Below are positions 41,901 through 53,355 of a stretch of DNA of 64,000 nucleotides, one piece after another (within the stretch, counting starts at the first letter, position 1; the number at the start of each line of letters is the position of its first letter). The position numbers were made by a program, and so were the translations under genes. The notes under the pieces were generated by a model, which ran no database searches, had not been told where the DNA came from, and worked only from the letters and a program-made list of their open reading frames with translations. Location of the stretch: the NCBI GenBank assembly GCA_964276515.1, contig OZ193909.1:16058001-16122000 (forward strand). Reading direction: 5' to 3'. The DNA comes from Gordius albopunctatus (taxonomy: Eukaryota).

Positions 41901-44900
41901 CTGACCAATGGAATAAAATGACCATTGGCCAAAATGTGATTCGAAAATTTTTTTTTCGTTTTTTTTTGACTGTTATGAATTTATATCCACTTTTACCGTG
42001 TCCTGGCTGCTGACCAATGGAAAAAAATGACCATTGGCCAAAATGTGAATCGAAATTATTTTTTCCGTTTTTTTTGACTATTATGATTGTTCCTGTTCCT
42101 ACCATTGCTATTATGACTTTTTGGCCGTCCGCTGGCTGCTGACCAATGGAATAAAATGACCATTGGCCAAAATGTGAATCGAAATTTTTTTTTCGTTTTT
42201 TTTTTGACTATTATGAATTTATATCCACTTTTACCGTGTCCTGGCTGCTGACCAATGGAAAAAAATGACCATTGGCCAAAATGTGAATCGAAATTATTTT
42301 TTCCGTTTTTTTTGACTCTTATGATTGTTCTTGTTACTATCATTGATAATAAGACTTTTTGGCCGTCCGCTGGCTGCTGACCAATGAAAAAAATGACCAT
42401 TGGCCAAAATGTGTATCCGAGTTTATTTTTTCGTTTTTTTTGACTATTATGATTGTTCCTGTTCCTACCATTGCTATTATGACTTTTTAGCCGTCCGCTG
42501 GCTCCTGACCGATGGAAAAAATGACCATTGGCCAAAATGTGAATCGAAAATATTTTTTTCGTTTTTTTTGACTATTATGATTGTTCCTGTTCCTACCATT
42601 GCTATTATGACTTTTTGGCCGTCCGCTGGCTGCTGACCAATGGAATAAAATGACCATAAGGCTGGCTCTACTAATGTGAGTTCGAATCCCGGAGAAGGCA
42701 ATTTTTTTTAATTAAATCGAAAATTTGTATTAATAATTAACTAATTATTTTACATTTAATACCCCCCCCCCGCCTATAGGCATTCTCACCCCTTCCCACC
42801 TTTCTCGCCCATAAATTGCATAGCAAATATGATACATTTATACGGAGTGTAGATGAGTTCCCCCTTCCTTCCCCTCATCCCCTTCCCTCCCCTTCCCACG
42901 AGGGCCGAAGGCCCGAGTTAATTATTTTTTTAATTTGTTTTAAATCTAAAACCTTTTACAGGGCTGTGAATAACTTGGTCGTTCTAATCATTTACCTAAT
43001 TTCATACCACAAAAATAAAATATATAATAAATTTGGTTGTTAATAAAGTTTATAAAGGAATACAAATATAAATTTTGAATTTATATTATAAACATAGACT
43101 AGATAGACCGCTTATCAACGCACAAAATGTGTTCCCTTTTTTCCGCCATCTTGAGAGGCACATTGTATAGTTGTGATCATGTAGAAATTCGTAATTTTCG
43201 CAGATTAAATAATCTTAAAAGGTAAATATAAAAATATTGAATTGGGTAGATATCAAAAACAGCATTTTAAAATAAATATCATTAAAAAAATACATAAAAA
43301 TTAAAAATGTAAAAAATGCGATAAAAGTTTGTTTATTAATATAGCACCATCAATTTTAATTGCTAATATTTCGTATAATAATTTATTTACGTTCGTTTTA
43401 ATTTGTAAACTAGTGAGTAAGGCAAATTGACTGTTATAGGGCAAAATTACATGGGGTTAAAATACACCAATTGCTCTCCTCAAAATGGAGGAAAATGTGA
43501 CACACGATTAACCATATATGCAACAACGTATGGCATCAGCAGTCTATCTACTCTATGATTATAAACTATCAGGCCTTCATTTATAACGCCAAATTACATC
43601 TTATTTGCTGATAGATTTAACGGCAGTGGCCCGCTTCAAATTTAATGGGAGGAATGAAAAGGAGCTTTCGTTTGAGAAAGGCGATACCCTTAAGGTAAAA
43701 CACAAAGTATCTCCCGAATGGTGGAAAGGCGTCTTGCTATCCACCGGTGCTCAGGGTTTAGTTCCCCATCGTTATCTCGTCATAAACACCGAACCCAAAT
43801 CTACATCGACGTGAGTAACAGACACATTAATTATGCTATAAGTTTAGGATGGTTTTCAAAGAAATTATTTAATGTCAATCCTTTGTACCTATATCTAGAG
43901 TTGTTAAATTGCTAACTTTCTTCAACTCCAGCTACCATCTGCTCGAGTTTCTGCTCGGTCCACGGGCATTTTTATATGCTAATGTTCTACCTAATGCACC
44001 GAACAGAGAGCACATATTGTGCTAACGCGCATATTAAGCAACTTAGTGTGCGTGCTCGCGTCTGGAGTTTGAAGAAAGTTTGCAATTTTTAACAACTCTA
44101 CCTATATCTATATATAAGTTGCTCTTGTTGTATCAATCCAACCTCCCCACCTCTTGGCAAAAATTATAATTACGGAGGGACATTTTAGATTTTCTATTGG
44201 ATTTCCGCACACTATCGCTACTATAATCTCGGTAAATATTGTTGTTTTCGCGAAATGCATACTAGATATACATTTGGTAAAATGCCATTGTCTTTAATAA
44301 CAGTTTCAGGGGTGAACCGTAGTGATTTTAGGGTTGTTAAGTTAAAGCCCATGGAATATATTGTAGATTGCCTTAGCGTTAGCGACTATTTATTCTTTAG
44401 AGGGCCATTTATAATTCATTAATATGTACGGCATCGAAGTCGAATATTTTTTACTTTAACATTTAAATAATCTAACCAAAGTTTTTTAAAATTAACTTGT
44501 GTCTTTCCAACCAAATTCTATAATCAAATATACTATTAGATAGTGTAATATCAATATGTATTTTTAACCTCGTTGTCGTTAAAATTCGATTTCTTCAGAA
44601 ATTCTACTGGCGAAGAGAATGCCCAGGATGGTGACATAACAAAATCTAAGCCACCGTTGCCTATATCCACGCTACCCGTCCTCACAGCTACGCAGATGGC
44701 TTACAAAGCGCGGTCCATCAGCGATACCAGTTTTGCTCTAAATGACCCCACCGACCTAGACTCTTCTACTCTGCCCAGAGATTTATCGGGCTCTAAGTCG
44801 CGTCAAGAAGACTCTGGGCCACCTTTCAAATCCACCACTTTTGGGAGAAGTACTAAACAGAGGCCAGAACAAAGTCCGAAGGAAAATGGTGCTAAGCTAG

Positions 44901-45571
44901 GCGTTCGTCAGCCCTCTAGTAGATCCCTGTCTCCGTCCTCCCCCAACTCTGCCCTGCAATCCGCCTTTCACCTCATGCAACAAACGGACAGTTTGTTAAA
45001 ACCTTTATTCGTAACGTCACCCGCGGTGCAAAAACAACCAGTACAAGATGCGACGAATACACTTAAACTGGCAAAAAATCTAAGCAATACAACGACTACC
45101 ACCGCAACCAGCAGCCCTTCTTCATCGCCTAATGCTCAGACGGCCCGACCTAATTCCTTCAGGCCCACTAATATCCCCGACTTGGTTTGTGGCTTACCCC
45201 AACCTAGGCCCGATCACGAATTCAAATTCATAGACGAAAACAACACTAAAAACGATTCTAGTAATAGTCAGCAGGATGTCAGCAGTGGAGGTGGCAACGT
45301 GGTAATTCCGCCCCCTCTGGTCGTTAATCAAATCATTCGCGGTTTCGAAAGTCGAGCCCCACCCCTTCCCCCCTTTCCCACTACTACTCAATCAAGCCTG
45401 GGTGCTCAACTCCCGACCTCTTACCTTAAACCGGCGGTGCGCATAAAACCAGCCTTCCTCAAAAAGTCTTCCATTCACTTTGACGAAGATCCGGCCCACG
45501 ATCAAAACCCATTTTTCAAGTCTACACATCAAAATGTTTACAGAAAACGACCGGAAGAAACTGATCTGTAG
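29916..45571 (+). CDS. srGAP: SLIT-ROBO Rho GTPase-activating protein homolog (F-BAR, RhoGAP, SH3, low-complexity tail); start exon not resolved
   Basis: GT-AG exons: 29916-30099, 30553-30718, 30823-30885, 31359-31502, 31597-31725, 32783-33004, 33847-34111, 34731-34930, 35923-36147, 36458-36518, 36603-36680, 37268-37467, 38160-~38478 (donor uncertain), 39021-39241, 40054-40342, 43615-43810, 44599-45571. Motifs: LRQQLNEQLKCLD, SRNEYILSL, PKLFGGSLEEY, GLHHQGIFRVSGSQ (arginine finger), AGVLKLYFREL, ENMMDPYNLAVCFGPTL, SH3 ARFKFNGRNEKELSFEKGD...EWWKG...GLVPHRY. Confidence 0.93.
30270..30450 (-). mobile_element. 5'-truncated RTE 3' end, same subfamily as 12574-14789
   Basis: ttcttcttc tail followed by atcagttatttggtccc...ggggtttgttttga...ttgaccgggtgagtgcca...ccacgtgacacg, matching 12574-12735. 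Confidence 0.85.
32070..32276 (-). mobile_element. tRNA-derived SINE (Lys-TTT-like head)
   Basis: Minus strand has A box TGGCGTAGTGG, loop CTTTTAA and B box GGTTCAATCC, then a body shared with the copies at 40398 and 58515. Confidence 0.8.
40398..40592 (+). mobile_element. tRNA-derived SINE copy
   Basis: ggcgtagtgg...GGTTCGATCC...aaatcacatcgtcatcacggctgtcaggcct...gaccaccttagtgtgacaaacagatattggaaa. Confidence 0.82.
41054..42920 (+). mobile_element. DINE-1/Helentron-like non-autonomous element with central tandem array
   Basis: Perfect 19-bp inverted repeat TTGCTATGCAATTTATGGG (41056-41074 / 42808-42826); (GTCC)4 at 41088-41103; central tandem repeats; 3' hairpin GGGCC-GAA-GGCCC (42902-42914); T-rich flanks. 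Confidence 0.7.
41200..42660. repeat. Satellite array of ~130-bp and ~107-bp monomers forming a 238-bp higher-order repeat
   Basis: Core gctggctgctgaccaatgg...aaatgaccattggccaaaatgtg is repeated about 10 times; ctttttggccgtcc recurs at 41641, 41879 and 42117. Confidence 0.93.
43093..43557. mobile_element. P-element-like MITE
   Basis: TIR CATAGA(C/G)TAGATAGAC; perfect 8-bp TSD ATTATAAA; terminus and subterminal aaaatgtgt...ttccgccat resemble the THAP element end at 61907. Confidence 0.82.
43896..44100 (+). mobile_element. hAT-type MITE (second copy at 59179-59381)
   Basis: TIR TAGAGTTGTTAAA...; 8-bp TSD CCTATATC. Confidence 0.88.
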
Positions 45572-46116
45572 TCCGTTATTAATGTTCACCGAAAAGTGTA
45601 CAGAAAAGTGGTCCATCAGCCAAATTTTTCCGACAATCTTCTAATTGTTGCGTAGGGAGAGGGCCCAGTTTAAATCTTGATTCTCCTTACTCTAGCTAGA
45701 TCATCGCGCCGATTTATAGATCGCCTACCGTTTTTCGACCTCTTCCCATATACATTTACTTAGATAATATGCGTTGTTGATGGCAAAGGGCTATTGAGAA
45801 TGTTCCTATAATAACGGATAACTTTGTTTGATAATATTGTTCTTATATAATATACTATACTAGCTTGCCAATTCGGTGACTCGACTTTGTATTATATCTA
45901 CCAATCGCCGCGTGTAATATTGGCATTGTTATTTATTCTTTGCACAAATATAAATTAAAGCCGTCTGAGTTACTTACTTCAAATAAGAACATTCCTTTAT
46001 AACATTTGAATCAATAATTGGAATCAAAAAACTTTTAATAAAGGTATTTTTGAGGGAACGTTTAGATCTAAGAATTAACATAGGCTGATTAGATGTAAAA
46101 CCATATATATGCTTAT

Positions 46117-47220
46117 TAGAGGTAGGCGCAGCGCGGGCCTAATTTTTTATTCACGGCCCGCCCACTCACAGTGGTATTAAAAAAAATTCACGCCCACTCA
46201 CGCTTACCACTAAAAAATTTTTGACCCGACCCGCCCGCTCACGAAAGGCAATAAATTCACGGTGTTTTTAAATTTTTCAAAATTGGTAACCTATAATTAA
46301 TTATACACTTTTTTGAATTTATTTCTATAATTCCATAACAAAAAATGAATAAAATTTATAAATCGAAATTTTTAAAATAAGAATAATATTCATGTTTTTT
46401 GATCCAACAAGCGATTGGCTACAGAAAACAATCTTTCACTAGATTCCGAACTTGCAGGGGCGGATAAAATTTTACTCGCTAATTTTTTCAAAAAAGGAAC
46501 TTCAAAATACTATCATTATTATTTGCCTTTTGAGCGATGAATCTTTTAAGTTCATCCTCGCAGCTTTCTTCAATAGATGGTGAGGGTTCATCAGTATCAT
46601 CTAGAAATTCTCCAAATGTTTCATTTAGAATATTAGTTTTCTTGTGAGTGTAGGACGAATTATGACAGCTAATAGTTGGTTTTGGCATTGACTTATTCAT
46701 ATAATATTTTATGACATTTAGTATTTTTATGGTAGTTTTATATATATCTTTTTTTTCTTCTGATAAAAACTTAAGGCTTCTGAAATTGGGATCCAAAATT
46801 AAGCCTAATTTATGTAGGGGATCTTTCTTTTAAAAGACATCCAGTCCTGATTTTTAAGGCTTCTATTATTGTTGTATCCCCTTCAGAGGGTTGACAAAAC
46901 TTTAATAATTTTGTCTCCACAGATAAACTTCATTTATTGTGGGATGAGAATCGGCACTTTTGTTTTCAAAAACTAATCTTTTTTTAAAAAAATTAAATAA
47001 TATATATATTTTTTAAGATTATAAATCTGCAAATTTATATTAATAAAAAACAATTTTAAAAATTAAAATTTCCGTGATTTATGGAAATTTGTGTTTACGC
47101 CCACTCACGCACGGGGAAAATTTTGGAAAGGCCCCTCACGTCTAATAATTTAAAATTTCTTCACATTCACGCCGTGACACGGCGGGTCACGCATAATTTC
47201 ACGGCCCGCGCCCACCTCTA
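46117..47220 (-). mobile_element. Non-autonomous hAT transposon with transposase C-terminal remnant
   Basis: TIR TAGAGGT(A/G)GGCGC; 8-bp TSD ATGCTTAT; minus-strand LDPNFRSL...ILSAPASSESSERLFSVA (hAT dimerization domain). Confidence 0.9.
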
Positions 47221-48475
47221 ATGCTTATATTTAATATTTTTCCCTTCGCTTCAAGCTTCTTAAACAAATTTGTTTAAAGTACTTTTAAAAGGTTTTTATT
47301 AAATACTTATTACTGTTGTAAAAAACGAAGGTTTTAGATTGGTCGCCTGCAAGGGTTAGCGTTTTTTCCACCCAAACCCTTTCAGTGTTAGGTGAATTTT
47401 TTTGGTTCGCCCTTGGTGTTTGGCGCTTTTGTAAAAAACACCCAAAGGGTCTTTGGGTAAAATTTTTTGATGGACCTTTGGCGTTTGGTGTTTTTGTTAA
47501 AAAACACCCTTGGCGTTTAGGTGAATTATTTTGGTCGACCTTTGGCGTTTGGTTTTGGTCGTTTTGGGTTGTGTGTGGAAATATGTGAAGTTTTTATAAT
47601 TTTTGTATTTAATAGTTATTTATTTTTGTAATGAACTTTTATTGATAGGAAATATGAAATGACGCCACTAAGTGGAAAGTATCATACTTGCAATTTATAA
47701 TCAACCTATAATTTGTTCCAATTGGTATGCGATGCATCATTCACGCAGATCATCAAAAGTGTAGGTGTATTATAAAAAAAAATTTCCACTCTTTTAAGGT
47801 GAAACAGGTGACAAATGTCATAATCTTTAATATCTATTGAAATGAATATTTTTTTTGGAAATGTGACTTAACTACAGGCTTAAAACAATATATAAGAATG
47901 AATCAGATAAGCTGTGTAAAAAAATTATTGTTCAATCTATTGTATAAGAAAGATAGTTTTATAAATGGTCTCGTCGGTTCTACAAAGAAAGTTGATATAA
48001 AATTTATTTGATTAAGATTTTAACATTTCATTATATATGGAGCATATTAAAATCTATTTAATGCTTTCCATTTTGTAAATTTTATGTTTCTCAAAATTTA
48101 GTAAAGAAAGCAATGTTTTATTAAATCACATTTTGATAGATATTGTAGAGCACAATTATATAAGTCGAAAATTTCTAGTTATATGTTTAATGTTCTTTCT
48201 TAAACGAGAATCAGTTCGCTGGCACACAGGATAGTAGTAATGATTGGAAATTTCTAAGAGCGCTTAATTTATATAGATCCAAATGTATTAGTACATTCAG
48301 CTAAAGCTCAACAAAACAAAATACGAAAAGCACCAACATTCAAAAACACAGATAGCAACAATTAATTTTAAAGCTTCTACGTATTGAATGCTTTGTTAAG
48401 TTCTAATAAACTTTCTCAACCTAAATGATGTGAAATCGTTATTTGTGGGTGATCCGATCAAGAGAAATGGTATGA

Positions 48476-51112
48476 ATGCTGAAAATCCATAAGAGCACCA
48501 AGATATATGTTCTTAAATTCGTGATCTTTTTTCTTTGCGCCAGTTTGGCTATAGCGATTTGCGAAAAAAATAATCGAAAAATATATTGCGATTACGAAAA
48601 TAACGTAGTTTTAGAATCCTTATTAGCATCGCTAAACGGGTCGGGTGAAGTTGAGAGAGTAGTTTTGCAAAATATATTTGATTACAAAAATCAACCCTAC
48701 CTATTTTCCAAGTTTTGTAGCACCCTAACGACATTTGAACTTTACGAATGCAAGGAAACCTATCCCTTCTCCCTAAAATCTCTCGTATGTCCCGATCAAA
48801 GTTCAAACATTCGGGAAGTCGCTATCAAAAACCACAAATTTAAAACGCTCCGAGAAAAAGAAATAGCCTCTATTAAAAGCTTGCTCAAGTTCAAAATGAC
48901 ATCCGGCTTGCTTGTTTCCATAGATAAATACGTATTTTCGGGATCTAACTTGGTAGTTGTTGATTTGGGTGAAAATTATGTAGAAAACGTAGCACCCTTT
49001 GCTTTTTCAAACATGAACAATTTGAGGAGCTTATCACTCAGGTTTAATTACATCGACACCTTGGATGTAACCACTTTTTATTCCACCACAGGGCTCAGCA
49101 TTCTCGATTTGAGTTACAATAGGCTAACTACCCTGCCTCGCAATTTTTTCAGATCTTTTAAGAGCCTTCGCGTGTTAGATCTTAAGCACAATGTATTGAA
49201 AACCTTTAGTACGGACGTTTTCCCTCGTAGGGCTGCTAAAACTTTGGAAACTCTAGACATCAGCGAAAATTCCTTGACTAGCTTGTCCCTGTACTCTCTG
49301 GACGCCATAAAATCCATTAATCTTATCGCAAATAAACTTCGCACTGTGGATATGCATTATGAACTCAAGAGTGACATGGCGTTTTACATCAGCAACAACG
49401 ATTTATCGTGCGATTGTTTTGGTATGGAATTTGTGCTATGGTTTAAAAAGCTGATCGATAAGACTAACATAGATTCGTCCCCCTTTAGATTAGGAAATTT
49501 TATTGAGGCTAACAAAACGATTTGCAAATACCCGGAAGCCTTGGTTAATCAATTGCTGACTAGTCAGCAACCTGATAGTACATGTTCCGCTATCATAACA
49601 GGGGATTGCCAATTTATGTACGGTAACAAGATACGATGTTGGGACGTTTTTTTCAGCCAAGTTTCCCACTTCATAACCATGAATGTCTTGATCTTTCAAA
49701 CTTATAAAATTTTGGAGCTCGATAACGTGATACTGGTCAATTTGGATGAGAACTTAGGAGTGTTTATATGCACATTTAGGGAAATTACACTAAAACGCAC
49801 TCAACTCAAGTATATTAAAGATGGTGCGATGGATTGTGCTGTAAATTTAATTTACTTAGACTTGACTAAGAACAGTTTGCCGGAATTGACTAAGCGCACC
49901 TTGCTCAAAAATGTACGCCTCGAAAAATTGTTGGCAGGCTACAACAGGATTGAAAGGATCGAACCCGGAACTTTTGATAATAGCCTTAATTTAACCGTTT
50001 TAGATCTTTCATACAATCGTCTTACCGCTCTTGATAATAATTTGTTCCAGTCCCTAATCTACCTTAATATATTATACTTGAATAACAATTTTCTGCTCAA
50101 TGTGGATAACCTTTGGATTCCTACACAGCTAATACTACTCAGACTGAATTATAATAATTTATTAATCATCCCAAAACTTCTAATCACAAACTCTACTATA
50201 AGGGTAGATTTACAAGAAAATCCCTATTTATGCAAAGATGAATTCATACATTCTCTACAAGCCAATGTTCAAGCTAGATTAAGCAACAATACTCTAACGG
50301 ACCCGGAGTCTGGATCAGGACAGGAGAACGATATGCATATAGGTTGGCCTATGTTTTATGACGACTGTGAACTTAAATGTCACTCTCTCCTTCCAAACTC
50401 CAAACAAACTGTAGCAATAAATATACATAAATTCACGAGCGAATCGGAAGAGTGCCAGAGAATTGACTTGGAAATCAAGCAAGGTCTAACAACATTGATC
50501 CCTTATGAGTCTTTATTAACGACAGTTATGGACACTAAAAATACCCCCGATTCTAACTCTGTAACTAAGGAATCTAGTAAAAAAGCGTGGATAGTGCCTT
50601 ACGAGAATTTAAGCTCAAAAGCACCAAAGAGTCGAGACCAAAACGTTACGAGTAAAAGCATTTTATTTAGTTTGCTCGCGCTTCTATTGATAATTTTAGT
50701 CATACTTTCCGTATTTCTTTACCACCAATACAAGGGTAGTTTTAGTAGTGCCCACACCTACGTTTGGAAATATTTTGAATACCAACCACAATATCAATAC
50801 GAACATTTTTACAATTTTGATGCCGATGTATTTAAACCGGGCCCCATCCCTACAACAATTTCGGATATAGCTAAAGAGACATTCGTTCCTGCACCAAATG
50901 TGGAACGAACTTCGGCAGCTAACAATGACTTAAATGCAAGAAAATCGCAATTTTCTTCTGAGAAAATACTATCACCCAATCCATCATCTTTACAAAATAG
51001 CACTAAATTTAATGTGCCAAGCGATCAAACGCTGAACCTAGCAAGTAACAAAGGTGAGTATGAAGAAGGTTATGCCACAAACTCCGAATATAGCACAACA
51101 AAAAGCAATTAA
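48476..51112 (+). CDS. Single-exon LRR type I transmembrane protein (Toll/Slit-like ectodomain, no TIR), 878 aa
   Basis: Uninterrupted ORF with a signal peptide (FVIFFLCASLAIA), LxxLxLxxNxL repeats, an internal cysteine cluster (NNDLSCDC...CKYP), a second LRR block, ENPYLC cap, TM ILFSLLALLLIILVILSVFLY and a Ser/Tyr-rich tail. AATAAA at ~51231. Confidence 0.9.
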   Translation: MLKIHKSTKIYVLKFVIFFLCASLAIAICEKNNRKIYCDYENNVVLESLLASLNGSGEVERVVLQNIFDYKNQPYLFSKFCSTLTTFELYECKETYPFSLKSLVCPDQSSNIREVAIKNHKFKTLREKEIASIKSLLKFKMTSGLLVSIDKYVFSGSNLVVVDLGENYVENVAPFAFSNMNNLRSLSLRFNYIDTLDVTTFYSTTGLSILDLSYNRLTTLPRNFFRSFKSLRVLDLKHNVLKTFSTDVFPRRAAKTLETLDISENSLTSLSLYSLDAIKSINLIANKLRTVDMHYELKSDMAFYISNNDLSCDCFGMEFVLWFKKLIDKTNIDSSPFRLGNFIEANKTICKYPEALVNQLLTSQQPDSTCSAIITGDCQFMYGNKIRCWDVFFSQVSHFITMNVLIFQTYKILELDNVILVNLDENLGVFICTFREITLKRTQLKYIKDGAMDCAVNLIYLDLTKNSLPELTKRTLLKNVRLEKLLAGYNRIERIEPGTFDNSLNLTVLDLSYNRLTALDNNLFQSLIYLNILYLNNNFLLNVDNLWIPTQLILLRLNYNNLLIIPKLLITNSTIRVDLQENPYLCKDEFIHSLQANVQARLSNNTLTDPESGSGQENDMHIGWPMFYDDCELKCHSLLPNSKQTVAINIHKFTSESEECQRIDLEIKQGLTTLIPYESLLTTVMDTKNTPDSNSVTKESSKKAWIVPYENLSSKAPKSRDQNVTSKSILFSLLALLLIILVILSVFLYHQYKGSFSSAHTYVWKYFEYQPQYQYEHFYNFDADVFKPGPIPTTISDIAKETFVPAPNVERTSAANNDLNARKSQFSSEKILSPNPSSLQNSTKFNVPSDQTLNLASNKGEYEEGYATNSEYSTTKSN

Positions 51113-51721
51113 ATGTTTTTTAGTAATATTTTACACTTGGCTTTAAACTTAGGTAAATTATCAACAAATTATTCATGTCCATATCAATATAGTTATGTTT
51201 TAATCTTCTAATGAATGCAAAATATGTTTCAATAAAAATTTAGAAATAAATCTTTAAAAGAGTAAGAGTATACAGCTTATATAACCTCATAAGTGGTTCT
51301 CATGCCAGCTTAAATGGTGTTGACGAAATGCTAATAGTGATCTGACTTGTTTAGAGCTTAAAATGAAAATTATTAAATATTAGTAAATCGATTTAGGATC
51401 TAATTTCAATTTTTGCGATTTCTATTAACATAATTTATAACATTCAAAATACCACATATAATCGCTAAAGCCTATAGGACTGTGAAACATTTGTCAATAA
51501 AAGTATCAAAGCAGAAAGGATCCTCACTGAGAATATACTTAAAATCGGGTCTTTGGGGTATTTTTAAACAAGATCGCTCCAAGCAAAGGTTTGGGTTTCG
51601 CATCCGAACATTTAAAGTGTTAAAAATTTAAAATTAAGCTAGAGACAATCTTATAGTCTATAAATCTGTGGCTTAAAATTTAATTCTAAACAAAAATTAC
51701 TAATATGTAATTGGCATAGAT

Positions 51722-52824
51722 TAGTGCTGTAAACATTTGTAAAAAAATCGAACGCGTTCGCGTTCAACGTTCATTGACAAAAACCGAACGCGTTCACGTT
51801 CACGTTCGTTTAAAAAAAAGGAACGCGTTCACGTTCGTTCAAAATTTTATGATAAATTTTTTTTTAATTTAATATAAATAAATGTCATATATTTTTTAAT
51901 ACAATAAATAGCCATGATAAAAAATAAGTTTTATTTCCAAAATATAATTATAAATCAATATAATCTATTTTCTTATTGATTTTTAATAATAATTGTTTTT
52001 CAAAATTGTCGTCTGATAAGCAGGAACGCTTGGTAGTTAATACAGCATTAGCTATACTTATAACCCGCTCCACAGGGGCAGATGAGGGGATTAGAGTATT
52101 GTACTTAATAAACAAATTTTTTAAAGGAGAAAATTTATTAAAAACATTTAATGTTTTGTCCCTCGCTTCAAAAGATTGCGGCAAGATATCATCCTCCAAT
52201 CCGCCCTCTATTTCCTCGTCAAAAAATGATATCTCGGAATTGACAGCTCTTTCATTATCAATTCTAGGGGTTTCAATAACACTAAAAGTTTATTCTTTAA
52301 AGGTTCATTTTCTCGAAGTTTAATCCAAGGCTACCTTGATACAGAGATAATACTTTTTGGACACATTTTACATTTGGTAATTATTGAATTCGATCCTTTA
52401 TATGAAACGAGTGAAAAATATTTTTCATATTTTGGCCATGGCAATTTCGATTCATCTGCTGATTTTGAATATTCAGAATCTGAAGATGACGAGGATATAA
52501 TATTATGATTGTCTATATTAACCTATAAATTAAACTAAAATTAATATCGAATTAATTAACTTTAATCTTATCTTCTTTTGGACGTTATAGTATGTTAAAA
52601 GTATTTTGAAATTGGTAATAGGAAACAGAAATAACAGCTGATTAAAAAATATAAGACTTTTTTTGTTAAACATTTGGATTAACATTAATTTTCAAATAAA
52701 TAAAAATAAAAACGGGTTTTTAAAATTGAACGAACGTTAAATTACGTTCAAAGTTCACCAAAAATAAAAGAACGCCGTTCATGAACGCGTTCATAAAATT
52801 TGAACGCGTTCATTTACAGCACTA
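51722..52824 (-). mobile_element. Non-autonomous hAT transposon with dimerization-domain remnant
   Basis: TIR TAGTGCTGTAAA; 8-bp TSD GCATAGAT; GAACGCGTTC subterminal repeats; LFIKYNTLIPSSAPVERVIS...LSDDNFEKQLLLK. Confidence 0.92.
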
Positions 52825-52916
52825 GCATAGATCCATTGGCGTATACAGGGGGTTGTTTTAAGGTTGTAACACTACCCATGAGTTTCAAATAATAAAATTT
52901 TATATTGTATTTGCAC

Positions 52917-53298
52917 TAGAGGTGTGCACGGATCAAATTTTTTTGATCCGATCCGATCCGAGTTTTTAAAATCTAAATCCCATCCAATCCGATATTTTTT
53001 AATTAAAATTTTACGAACATAACTTTTTATTGATGATTAAATTCAAAATACATAAAAATAAGGTAATGCAATTTTAATAGACCTGAAATAAATATAAAAC
53101 TTTATTTGACTAATTCTATATTATCATATAAAAATAATAAAGAATCTAAATTTTCTGGTTTAATTCGCGTTAGAGGTGTGCAAGGATCAAATTTTTTTGA
53201 TCCGATCCGAGGGTTTTTTGAAAAATTTCATATCCATCCGATCCGATCCGAGTTTTTTAAAATCTAAATCCGATCCGATCCGATCCTATCCGAGTTTT
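52917..53298. mobile_element. Two tandem ends of a TAGAGGTGTGCA MITE family with GATCC repeats
   Basis: tagaggtgtgca(c/a)ggatcaaatttttttgatccgatccga at 52917 and 53171; no opposite TIR seen. Confidence 0.6.
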
Positions 53299-53355
53299 GA
53301 CGGATAAAATTATTCACCTTGAAAGACAAAATAAGGATATCACTATAGCGTGCAT

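Noticed and set aside
41200..42660. Possible CRISPR-like array or repeat-protein ORFs (41502-42701)
   Set aside because: Inter-repeat segments are themselves repeated rather than unique spacers, the context is a eukaryotic intron with no cas genes, and the ORFs are by-products of the satellite.
46117..52824. LRR gene carried by a composite hAT transposon
   Set aside because: The two flanking hAT elements have different TIRs and each has its own complete TSD, so they are independent insertions.
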